Assembly (NCBI GenBank): GCA_963785725.1
Contig: CAWAWS010000038.1
Location: forward strand, 19,397 to 83,396
DNA length: 64,000 nt
Direction: 5' to 3'
From: an uncultured delta proteobacterium
GTDB lineage: Bacteria; Myxococcota_A; Polyangia; Palsa-1104
Shown: positions 54,311-62,503 of the stretch, piece after piece
Layout of the letters: each line of letters starts with the position of its first letter
Numbering within the stretch: position 1 is the first letter of the stretch
Made by a program: the position numbers and the translations under genes
Notes under the pieces: model-generated
What the model was told of the DNA's origin: nothing
Seen by the model: the letters and a program-made list of their open reading frames with translations, nothing else
Databases searched by the model: none

Positions 54311-55522
54311 TTCACGCTCACCAAGCAGCAGCGGCAAGTGAAGGACTTCGCGCATCAGTTCGCCGAATATGTCGTGCGGCCGATCTCGCTGCAGGCCGAC
54401 CGCGACCACCGCATTCCCGACGACTTCATGCTGAAGCTCGCGGGTATGCGGCAGATGATGAGCCAAGGCGAAGTGCCGTCGGAGTATGGCGGCGAAGGCG
54501 AAGGCGTCGGCGGCACGAAGGACCAGCGCGGCAAGACGCAGCGCAATCGCCTGTCGCTCATCGGCGCCGAGGAGCTGGCGTGGGGCGACATCAGCGTCGT
54601 GCTGTCGCTGCCGGGGCCGGGATTGGGCGGACCGCCGGTGCAGTTTACGGGCACGAAGGAGCAGCGCGAGCGCTTCTTCGGCGTATTTCAGCAGCCGGGA
54701 TTGCATTGGGGCGCCTACGGCTTGACCGAGCCCGGCGCCGGCAGCGACGTCGCCGCCATCACGACGCGCTGTCGCAAAGACGGCGCGCACTGGGTCATCG
54801 ACGGCCGCAAGTGCTACATCACCAACGGCGGGCGCGCCGATTGGGTCGTCATCTTCGCCACCATCGATCCGTCACTCGGTCGCGCCGGGCAGCGCGCGTT
54901 CGTCGTCGAGAAGGGCACGCCCGGCTTTTCGGTCGGCAAAATCGAGGACAAGATGGGCATTCGCGCGTCGGAGACGGCGGAGCTGGTGCTCGAAGACTGT
55001 CGCGTGCCGGCGGAGAATCTGCTCGGCGGTGACGCCCATTACGAGCGCGGCAAAGAGGGCTTCATGGCGGCGATGAAGACGTTCGATTCGTCGCGGCCGA
55101 TGGTCGCGGCGCTCGGGCTCGGCATCGCGCGCGCGGCGTACGAGCATGCGCGCGACTTCGTGAAGGCCAATTACATGTTGGCGCGACCGCTGCCGCGTTA
55201 TGCGCAACTGGCGCAGACATTGGCGACTGACAAGCGACTTATTGAAGCGTCGCGACTGATGTGTTGGCGCGCGGCCTGGATGGCGGACGAAGGTTTGCCC
55301 AACGCCAAAGAGGCGTCGATGGCCAAAGCGTACGCGGCCAAAGCGGCGATGAAAGTATGTACGGACGCGGTCCAGATCATGGGCGCGCATGGGCTCGAAC
55401 AGAGTCAGTTCGTCGAAAAGTGGTATCGCGATATCAAGGTGTTCGACATCTTCGAAGGTACCGGACAGATCCAGCGAATCGTTATCTCGAAGCGAATTTT
55501 GCGTGAGTCTCCGACCTTCTAA
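54302..55522 (+). CDS. Acyl-CoA dehydrogenase
   Basis: YGLTEPGAGSD, GRKCYITNG, KMGIRASET, RDIKVFDIFEGTGQIQR. Confidence 0.95.
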   Translation: MIDFTLTKQQRQVKDFAHQFAEYVVRPISLQADRDHRIPDDFMLKLAGMRQMMSQGEVPSEYGGEGEGVGGTKDQRGKTQRNRLSLIGAEELAWGDISVVLSLPGPGLGGPPVQFTGTKEQRERFFGVFQQPGLHWGAYGLTEPGAGSDVAAITTRCRKDGAHWVIDGRKCYITNGGRADWVVIFATIDPSLGRAGQRAFVVEKGTPGFSVGKIEDKMGIRASETAELVLEDCRVPAENLLGGDAHYERGKEGFMAAMKTFDSSRPMVAALGLGIARAAYEHARDFVKANYMLARPLPRYAQLAQTLATDKRLIEASRLMCWRAAWMADEGLPNAKEASMAKAYAAKAAMKVCTDAVQIMGAHGLEQSQFVEKWYRDIKVFDIFEGTGQIQRIVISKRILRESPTF

Positions 55523-55598
55523 AAAACGCAGTTTACCGTCGACGATTCAGTCACTTCTGCAAAATTCCAGTGCCCAGGCGATCGTTACTTTTTCCGTC

Positions 55599-55627
55599 TT
55601 GACGCCTTTTTAGGGGCCCTCTAGATT
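55599..55627 (+). promoter_or_regulatory. Sigma70-type promoter of the cold-shock gene
   Basis: TTGACG-N17-TAGATT, implying a 5' leader of about 160 nt. Confidence 0.75.
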
Positions 55628-55795
55628 AGCCCGCGAGCATAGGGACTCGCGTTGGAACGCAGATCGCCGCGTCTGGAAGGTCGGGCCGAATCATCGACCT
55701 TGTCTTCGTTAGAGCGTCTTCTAACCCTCCAACAAATCATCTAGCAATGCGGGGAAGCGGCCCTATCCGCGACCCCTGGAACAAAGGGAATCGCA

Positions 55796-55999
55796 ATGGA
55801 AAAAGGCACCGTGAAGTGGTTCAACGACGCGAAGGGCTTCGGCTTCATCACCCGTGAAGGGGCGCCGGACGTCTTCGTGCACCACACGGCCATCATGATG
55901 GATGGCTTCCGCAGCCTCGCCGAAGGCGAAGCCGTCGAGTTCGAAGTCGTGCAGGGCCCCAAGGGCCTTCAGGCTGCGAACGTCCGCAAAGCTGGCTAA
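55796..55999 (+). CDS. csp: Cold-shock protein (CspA family)
   Basis: [31 protein letters not shown]. Confidence 0.97.
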   Translation: MEKGTVKWFNDAKGFGFITREGAPDVFVHHTAIMMDGFRSLAEGEAVEFEVVQGPKGLQAANVRKAG

Positions 56000-56030
56000 G
56001 CTTTTAGCCGCTGAGTCGTAAACGCTTCAC

Positions 56031-56066
56031 GTGAAAGGGCTCGGCTTTGCCGGGCCCTTTTACTTT
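56031..56066 (+). terminator. Rho-independent terminator after csp
   Basis: AAAGGGCTCGGC-TTT-GCCGGGCCCTTT followed by TACTTT. Confidence 0.85.
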
Positions 56067-56295
56067 CCGGAGTATTCGTTCGCGCCGTCCTATTCATTTG
56101 CACAGTCGTATTCGTCTTCGTCAATCGCGACGGCCAGGTTGCGTGCGCGACATTTTGTCGCGCTGGCCGACGGACGCGATTGTGCGTCTGGTCAATGCGC
56201 GAATGCGGTCAATGCGTGAATGCGATCCGTCCGCAAATGCGGTCGATGCGCGAGGTTGGTGCCCGAATGCGGTCGGTGCGTGAACGCGAAATGCG

Positions 56296-56661
56296 TTAGC
56301 GCGCGCCGCGGAGCTGCAGCAGCTGCGCTTCCAGCTCGCGCGAACGAGCCGTCGCGCGAGCCAGCTCCGCGCGCACCTCGTCGAGCGTCAGCTCCAACGC
56401 CGTGACCCGACGTTCGAGCTGCGTGCGCGACGTGAGGCTGCGCATGCGTTCGTCGTCGAGATCGGCTTGCAGCGCGTCGATGAGCGATCGCTGCGCATTC
56501 GCCGTCGCATTCGTGCTTGCGTCGAGCTTGGTCGGCGTGAGCGATGGGTGTGTATCGGCTGCACGCTGATTCGCCGCGCCGTCGCTCGTTGCCGGCGTCG
56601 CAGGCGCTGCGGGCGCGGTCGGCTTTTTCGCGGGCGCGGCAGGCGGCTTCTTCGTCGCCAT
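56296..56661 (-). CDS. Hypothetical protein with C-terminal coiled coil
   Basis: TGATG-coupled to the TetR gene; Ala/Pro-rich N-terminus. Confidence 0.65.
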   Translation of the reverse strand: MATKKPPAAPAKKPTAPAAPATPATSDGAANQRAADTHPSLTPTKLDASTNATANAQRSLIDALQADLDDERMRSLTSRTQLERRVTALELTLDEVRAELARATARSRELEAQLLQLRGAR

Positions 56662-57590
56662 CAGCGCTTACGCAGCCCTTCGAACGCGATCGACAACAGC
56701 TCGCGGACGACATGCGACGGCTCGGGCGGCGACGGCTCGTGCATCAACGCCAACGCCACGCGCTCGACCATGCCGATATGCGCGTAGGCACAAATGAGCG
56801 GATCGACGGCGCGGAACATGCCGAGCTCGATGCCGACGCGAATGTTGTCGGCCTCGACGCGCGCCAAATCGCGGTAGAAATCGCGCAGTAGGCGCTCGAG
56901 CTCGGGATCGAGGCTCATCGATTCGCGATAGGTCAGCCGCGCCAGCTTGTGATGCTCGATGAATACGCGCACCAGCTCGTGCGCGGCCTGCTCGCAGCGC
57001 GCGAAGAAGTCGTGCGGCGTGTTGACCTCGCGCGCGACCGACGCGCCGATGTCCTTGACGTGCTGCAGGAAGCTGCGCACGAGCTCGTAGTAGACCTCGC
57101 GCTTCTCGTCGAAGTAGAGATAGAACGTGCCTTTGGCGACGCCGGCGGCGCGCGTGATGTCGTCGACGGTGGCGGCGTGATAGCCCTTGTGGCCGAAGAC
57201 GTCGCGGGCGGCGGCGACGAGCTGAGCGCGGCGTTCGTCGCGCAGAGCGGCCGACCGCTTGGCGGCGCGCGCCTCGCCGTTGCCGCCGTCGCCGCGGATC
57301 TGACTGGTGCCGCGGGGTTCGCCGCTGCCGCGGACTTCGCCGTTGCTGCGGGGTTCGCCGCTGCTGCGAGATTCGCCACTGCCGCGGGGTTCGCCGTTGC
57401 TGCGGAGTTCGCCGCTGCCGCGGGGTTCGCCGTTGCTGCGCGCGTCACCGGCGCCGGCGTGCTGGCCGGCGGCGCTCGCCAGCTCGCCCGTCGCCCGGCC
57501 TTCGCGGGCGGCGCGCGCGGCGGCGTTGTTGGGACCGGCGCTCTTCGACGCGGCGACGCGCTTGGAGGCGGCGACGATACGACGCGGCAT
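56661..57590 (-). CDS. TetR/AcrR-family regulator with repetitive disordered N-terminal extension
   Basis: RRAQLVAAARDVFGHKGYHAATVDDITRAAGVAKGTFYLYF HTH; S(N)GEPR repeats upstream. Start 57590 inferred. Confidence 0.9.
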   Translation of the reverse strand: MPRRIVAASKRVAASKSAGPNNAAARAAREGRATGELASAAGQHAGAGDARSNGEPRGSGELRSNGEPRGSGESRSSGEPRSNGEVRGSGEPRGTSQIRGDGGNGEARAAKRSAALRDERRAQLVAAARDVFGHKGYHAATVDDITRAAGVAKGTFYLYFDEKREVYYELVRSFLQHVKDIGASVAREVNTPHDFFARCEQAAHELVRVFIEHHKLARLTYRESMSLDPELERLLRDFYRDLARVEADNIRVGIELGMFRAVDPLICAYAHIGMVERVALALMHEPSPPEPSHVVRELLSIAFEGLRKR

Positions 57591-57622
57591 CGCCGGCGAG
57601 CATAGCACGGCCGAGCGCGCAT

Positions 57623-57638
57623 TGACCGCCCGGTCAGT
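57623..57638. promoter_or_regulatory. Palindromic operator between divergent tetR and trmB
   Basis: TGACCGCCCGGTCA; overlaps TTGACC-N17-TAGACG. Confidence 0.7.
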
Positions 57639-57656
57639 GGATGGTAGACGCCCGGG

Positions 57657-58283
57657 GTGCACCGTCGTCGCGTTCGTCATCACGTCAACCCGCTGCGCTC
57701 GCCGTTCCTGTATGCGCCGGTCGAGCCGGTCGCGCTGCCGCCCAATCGCGACGTCGAGGTCGAGCTCGGCTGTGCCGACGCGCGCTTCCTGTTCGAACGC
57801 GCGCCACAGCATCCCGACGTGCTCTTCATCGGGCTCGAGATTCGTGAGCCGCTGGTCAAGACGGTCAACGAAATGGCCGACGAGCAGCATCTGCCGAACC
57901 TGCGCGCGGTCTTCTGCAACATCAACGTGCACTTGCCGGCGCTGTTTCCCGATCGCTCGATCGCCCGCATGTACGTGAACTTTCCCGACCCGTGGTTCAA
58001 GCAGCGGCACAAGAAGCGGCGGCTCATGACCGAAGAGCTCGTCGAAGTCCTGCACGCCAAGCTGCGTCCCGACGGCGAGCTGTTCTTCCAGAGCGACGTC
58101 TTCGATCTGGCGCTCGATGCGATGGAGGTGTTGGAGTCGGCGCCGTCGCTGCTCGCCAACACGCTCGGGCCGTGGTCGTTCGTGCGCGATAATCGTTACG
58201 GCGCGCGGTCGTTGCGCGAGGTCCGCTGCGAGGAGCGCGACATGCGCATCTGGCGCATGTGCTACCGTCGCTTGGGTGCGTAG
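57657..58283 (+). CDS. trmB: tRNA (guanine-N7)-methyltransferase
   Basis: RHHVNPL, VELGC, GLEIR, NFPDPWFKQRHKKRR, QSD. Confidence 0.9.
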   Translation: MHRRRVRHHVNPLRSPFLYAPVEPVALPPNRDVEVELGCADARFLFERAPQHPDVLFIGLEIREPLVKTVNEMADEQHLPNLRAVFCNINVHLPALFPDRSIARMYVNFPDPWFKQRHKKRRLMTEELVEVLHAKLRPDGELFFQSDVFDLALDAMEVLESAPSLLANTLGPWSFVRDNRYGARSLREVRCEERDMRIWRMCYRRLGA

Positions 58284-59772
58284 CGCGATCGTCCTCATCG
58301 TAGCTGGCGTGGTCAGCGTCGTCGCAGCTTCGGCGTCCGCCTACGAGCAGCGGGTGCATGCGGAGTTGTCGGCGCGCGGCTATCACGGCGCGGCGAAAGT
58401 AGCGCGCGCCGACGACGTCGCCGCCGTGCGCAGCTTGCGCGAACGAATCTGGCGCGCCGGCGCCGACGCGAAAGATCCCGACGTAAAACGCCGCTTCTTG
58501 GCGCGCTGGCCGACGCTCGCCAGCTTCGACAGCTGGGCCTTCAAGCAGCTGTTCGCGCTCAATCCCGACAAGCCCGTCGCCGGCTTCGATGAGAACGTCG
58601 GCTTGCCGGCGGGCGAAGTCGGCAGCGCCATTTACGCGCAGGCGTCGCGACTTCCCGACGACGACGGGCGCAACCGCGAGCGCTTCCGTCACGATGCCGC
58701 GCGCGTGGTCTTGCACGATCCGTGGAATCAGCCGCTGCCCGACGATCCGGCGACGCTGGAGATGGGCAGCCTGACCGGCCTGTCGAGCCAAGCGCACGCG
58801 CACTATGGATTGCCGGCGCTGCCCTTCTCCGACGATCCGGCCGTCTTGAAGGACGATCCGCGCCGCTTCGCCATCCCGCGTAACGTGCACACGTTCGGCG
58901 CCGATTTCGCCGAGAGCTACACGGCGCTGGCGATCTTGGCCGCGCGACTGCCCGGTGGCGAGCGCTTGGCACTGACGCACGCCGGCGCCGCCGCGCACCA
59001 TCTCGAAGACGTGGCCAACCAGATCCACACCGTCCAAGTCGGCATCTATGACTTTTTCGTCGACGCCAAGATCGAATCGATCAAGGAGGAGCTGCGCTCG
59101 GTCGGCGGCTGGCTGCGTCCGCGTCCCAGCTTCGTCTCGATCGGCATCGACATCATCAGCAATCATCACGTCCTCGCCGAAGGGCTGTATGCCAAGCATC
59201 TGCTCGCGCCGAACGATCCCGTGGCGGCCGAGACTGCAGCCGCGCCCGCCGACGACAAGCTCGCCGCCGCCTATGCCGCGATGGCGCCCGGCTGCGCGCC
59301 CAACTTCGGCTACACACTGGCGACGACGCTGATCGAACGCTCGAGCTACGAAGGCCCCGAGGTCTATCGCGCCATTCGCGCCGTCGCGCAGCGGCGCTGG
59401 TCGCGCGCCGGACAGCACTTCGGCGAAACCGATGATCCCGACGCCGCGCTAAAGCCGCAAGCCGACCTGCACGCGTTCTATCGGCTCGAAGCCGCCGGCG
59501 CGCGCCGCGCGTTGCAGACGCTCGACGCGTGGTGGGCGCACTTCGGCGCCTGCAGCACGCTCGATGCCGCCGGCGAAGCGCGGCTGGCCGAGACGCTCGT
59601 GCGCCAACGGCTCGACTCGCTCGACGCGGCCGAAGCGCGCGCCGCCGAGTGGAAGCCGCCGGCGCCGTCGCGCGCCGTGCGCAACAACTATGTCCCGCTC
59701 GGCTATGGCATCGCGCTCGCGCTCATCGCCCTCCTCGTCTATCGCATCCGTCGTAAACGCAGCCGTTCGTAA
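58276..59772 (+). CDS. Exported phospholipase C / S1-P1 nuclease-like Zn protein with C-terminal membrane anchor
   Basis: Signal peptide, then YEQRVH; HAHY, HHLEDVANQIH, HHVLAE candidate Zn ligands; TM plus RIRRKR tail. Confidence 0.65.
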   Translation: MRSAIVLIVAGVVSVVAASASAYEQRVHAELSARGYHGAAKVARADDVAAVRSLRERIWRAGADAKDPDVKRRFLARWPTLASFDSWAFKQLFALNPDKPVAGFDENVGLPAGEVGSAIYAQASRLPDDDGRNRERFRHDAARVVLHDPWNQPLPDDPATLEMGSLTGLSSQAHAHYGLPALPFSDDPAVLKDDPRRFAIPRNVHTFGADFAESYTALAILAARLPGGERLALTHAGAAAHHLEDVANQIHTVQVGIYDFFVDAKIESIKEELRSVGGWLRPRPSFVSIGIDIISNHHVLAEGLYAKHLLAPNDPVAAETAAAPADDKLAAAYAAMAPGCAPNFGYTLATTLIERSSYEGPEVYRAIRAVAQRRWSRAGQHFGETDDPDAALKPQADLHAFYRLEAAGARRALQTLDAWWAHFGACSTLDAAGEARLAETLVRQRLDSLDAAEARAAEWKPPAPSRAVRNNYVPLGYGIALALIALLVYRIRRKRSRS

Positions 59773-59829
59773 GCGCTGCGGCCGCTGACGCTCGTTCGTC
59801 GTCCGCGACTCAGCCGCGAGCCGCGAGCG

Positions 59830-59863
59830 GAGGGCCCGATCCGTCGCTGCGAATCGGGCCCTC
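59830..59863. terminator. Hairpin between convergent genes
   Basis: GAGGGCCCGAT-N12-ATCGGGCCCTC. Confidence 0.65.
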
Positions 59864-59876
59864 GCCGCGCGTGTCG

Positions 59877-60242
59877 TTAACGATGCATCTTCACCTCTTG
59901 CGTCAACGTCGTCGGGCCGGCGAGCGTCAAATACGGCCGCAGACGACCGAACGTCTTCTTGCCGATGCCTTTGACCTTCGTCAGCTCGTCGACGCGATGG
60001 AACGGATGCGTCCGCCGATGCTCGACGATCGCCTTGGCCTTCGACGGGCCGACGCCGGGCAGAAAGCCGAGCTCATCCTCGGTCGCCGAGTTGAGGTTGA
60101 CCACGCCTTCGGCGGCCGGCTTGGGCGCGGCCGCGGCCGTCGCGGCGGGCGCCGGCTGCGCGTGCGACATATCGGCGTGCGCCGTCGCCGTCGCCGTCAT
60201 GACACCGACGAGCAGCGCCGCCATTCCCAGCGCGCGGATCAC
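59877..60242 (-). CDS. comEA: ComEA-family helix-hairpin-helix DNA-binding protein
   Basis: Signal peptide; VNLNSA..LPGVGPSKA..VKGIGKK. GTGA-coupled to the upstream gene. Confidence 0.92.
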   Translation of the reverse strand: MIRALGMAALLVGVMTATATAHADMSHAQPAPAATAAAAPKPAAEGVVNLNSATEDELGFLPGVGPSKAKAIVEHRRTHPFHRVDELTKVKGIGKKTFGRLRPYLTLAGPTTLTQEVKMHR

Positions 60243-60487
60243 TGGATCCCTCCGACGTCGAAGGAGGGCATGGCGCCGTTGCCGCGCTCCGCTTGCGGAC
60301 GCGAATACTTGCCGTCGTCCTCGCGGATCTGCAGCTTGCGATCGAACGGGATGACGTCGAGATAGATGTTCCACGACGAATCCGCGTTCAAGTGCGCGAT
60401 GCCGATCTTCATCCAATAGGGCTTGCGGCCCGGGCGCTCCAAGATCGTGTACACGGTCTTGCTCTTCTTCTCGTTCTGCTCGTCCAT
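60239..60487 (-). CDS. Small beta-rich cytoplasmic protein (82 aa), possible ssDNA binder
   Basis: GGAGGAG RBS; VYTI..YWMKIGIAHLNADSSWNIYLDVIP..LQIR. Confidence 0.75.
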   Translation of the reverse strand: MDEQNEKKSKTVYTILERPGRKPYWMKIGIAHLNADSSWNIYLDVIPFDRKLQIREDDGKYSRPQAERGNGAMPSFDVGGIQ

Positions 60488-60531
60488 GGTCTTCTCCTCC
60501 GCTCGTTCATGCGAACGGCGACGGGCGGCAA

Positions 60532-60547
60532 AGCAACGCGCGTGCCG
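60532..60547 (-). promoter_or_regulatory. Sigma54 promoter of the comEA operon
   Basis: CGGCACGCGCGTTGCT, near-consensus GG-N10-GC. Confidence 0.75.
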
Positions 60548-60660
60548 CCGGCAAATGTGCGATTTCCCGTCGGCGGCGCACGTTTCCGGTCCGGCAGGCG
60601 GACAAGATCCGGCAACCGGATCCGTTAGCTCTTCTGGCGCTCTCGATGTAGACCCAAGGG

Positions 60661-61740
60661 ATGCGCGCGCAGCGACTGCTCGGCCCACTGGCGATTTCGG
60701 CCGGCGCGCATGGGCTCGTGCTGCTGCTCTCGATCTATGGACCGCGCATCACGTGGCCGGCGCCGCCCATTCCGATCGAAATCGTGCGGCCGGCGCATCG
60801 TGCGACGGAGCGGCAAGGCCCGGTCGAGCGGCGCGGCGATCCGAAGACGCCGCCGTCGCCGCCGAAGAAGGTCGCGCACGGCGCCGGGCCGCATCCGACG
60901 CCGCCCAAGTCGCTGCCACCGCCGGAGACGACGAATCTGGCGCCGTTCGCGCCCGAGGACGCGCACGTCGTCGTGCTGTTGCGCATGGACAAGCTGCGCG
61001 CGTCGCCGCATCGCGCCGGCGTCGAGGCGCTCCTGGGCGCGCTGCCCGACTGGACGACGCTCGTCGCCGGCTCGGGCGTCTCGCCGATCGACGACTTCGA
61101 CGCGCTGCTCATCGCGACCGCCAATCCGCGCGACGTGACGGCGACGTTCTTGGCCGCGCGTCACGCCGATACGCCGAAGGTGCGCGCGCTCGCCGGACGC
61201 TCGCTTCCCGACGGCGACCCGCGCGTCTTTCGCGTGCTCGCGCCGGGCCTGACGATCCTGGCGCCGCCGCAAGCGCTCGACGGTGACATGGGCGCGGCGA
61301 CGCATGGTCAGTGGCTCAAGCAGCTCGACACGTTCGATCAAGTGGCGCGCGCGCCGGGCGGGCCGGCGGTGCTGGTGACGCTCTCGGATGTGCCGTCGCT
61401 GCTGCACTTTGGCGGCGGGCTGCCGACGCCGCTGGCGATCGCGCTGGCGACGACGGCCGAGGCGTCGCCGTCGCTGCGCGTGCGCGTCGCGTTCGCCAAT
61501 GACGGCGACGCGTCGGCGTTCGCGGCGCAGTGGCCGCAGATTCTCGCGCGCTACAAGGCGATGACGGGCCTGCTCGGGCTGTCGTCGGCGCTCGATGGCA
61601 TCACGATCGCGACCCATGCCGCGGAAGTGGAGCTGGCGGGGCATATTCCCGAGGCGCAGTTGAAGCTGGCGATCAACTGGATCGTGCCGCTCTTGCCGCA
61701 TCCGCCGCCGCCGCTCGACGAGAAGCCGGCGCCGCAGTAA
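60661..61740 (+). CDS. Hypothetical membrane-anchored protein with Pro-rich linker
   Basis: TonB/TolA-like anchor SAGAHGLVLL (S-xxx-H), Pro-rich segment, globular C-terminus. Confidence 0.7.
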   Translation: MRAQRLLGPLAISAGAHGLVLLLSIYGPRITWPAPPIPIEIVRPAHRATERQGPVERRGDPKTPPSPPKKVAHGAGPHPTPPKSLPPPETTNLAPFAPEDAHVVVLLRMDKLRASPHRAGVEALLGALPDWTTLVAGSGVSPIDDFDALLIATANPRDVTATFLAARHADTPKVRALAGRSLPDGDPRVFRVLAPGLTILAPPQALDGDMGAATHGQWLKQLDTFDQVARAPGGPAVLVTLSDVPSLLHFGGGLPTPLAIALATTAEASPSLRVRVAFANDGDASAFAAQWPQILARYKAMTGLLGLSSALDGITIATHAAEVELAGHIPEAQLKLAINWIVPLLPHPPPPLDEKPAPQ

Positions 61741-61749
61741 CCTGGCCGC

Positions 61750-62418
61750 GTGCTCGAGCCGGCGACGATTGAGGCGATTACGTTCGACTGCTACGGGACG
61801 CTGATCGATTGGGAGCAGGGGCTGCGCAACTACGTGACGCCCATCCTCGCGCAGTCGAAGCAGCGCGACGTGACGCCCCAAAAATGGGTGGCGCGCTGGG
61901 AGCGAATTCAGTTCGACATGCTGACGCCCTATCGTCCATACGCCGAGATTCTCGCGCGCAGCTACGACGCGACGATGCAGCACTTCGGCATGGAGGCGTT
62001 CGTCGACGCGGGCGCGGGGCTGGCGCGTTCGGTGAGCGATTGGCCGCCGTTTGCCGACTCGAAGGCGGCGTTACGGCGGCTGGCCAAGCGGCATCGACTG
62101 GCGATCGTCTCCAACATCGATCGCGCGCTGCTCGCCGATTCCGTCGGGCGGCTGCAGGCGCCGTTCAGCGCGCTGGTGACGGCCGAGGACGCGCGCGCCT
62201 ACAAGCCCGATCCGCGGCCGCTGGAAATGGCGATCGAACGGCTGGGGATTGCCCCCGAGCGTATCTTGCACGCGGCGTTCGGCTGGAAATACGACCTCGG
62301 GCCGGCGCGCGCGCTCGGCATGCGCACCTGCTTCGTCAACCGCTCGGCCACGCCCGTAGGTGCGCCGTGCGACGTCGAGGTCGCGTCGCTGGAAGCGCTC
62401 GCCGATCTATTGCCGTAG
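61750..62418 (+). CDS. HAD-superfamily hydrolase (haloacid dehalogenase type II-like)
   Basis: FDCYGTLIDWE, IVSN, YKPD, YDLGPA. Confidence 0.92.
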   Translation: MLEPATIEAITFDCYGTLIDWEQGLRNYVTPILAQSKQRDVTPQKWVARWERIQFDMLTPYRPYAEILARSYDATMQHFGMEAFVDAGAGLARSVSDWPPFADSKAALRRLAKRHRLAIVSNIDRALLADSVGRLQAPFSALVTAEDARAYKPDPRPLEMAIERLGIAPERILHAAFGWKYDLGPARALGMRTCFVNRSATPVGAPCDVEVASLEALADLLP

Positions 62419-62463
62419 CGACATCGCAGAGCGCGTCAGCGTCCACGTAACGGTCGACGAAGC

Positions 62464-62479
62464 TGGCCCCGCGCTTGCG
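62464..62479 (+). promoter_or_regulatory. Putative sigma54 promoter
   Basis: TGGCCCCGCGCTTGCG, 25 bp upstream of ATG 62504. Confidence 0.6.
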
Positions 62480-62503
62480 ATGTCTTCCGGCCGGAGGTCG
62501 AGC

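Noticed and set aside
55632..55735. tRNA-like cloverleaf
   Set aside because: No T-loop GTTCRA or D-loop consensus; it lies in the csp leader.
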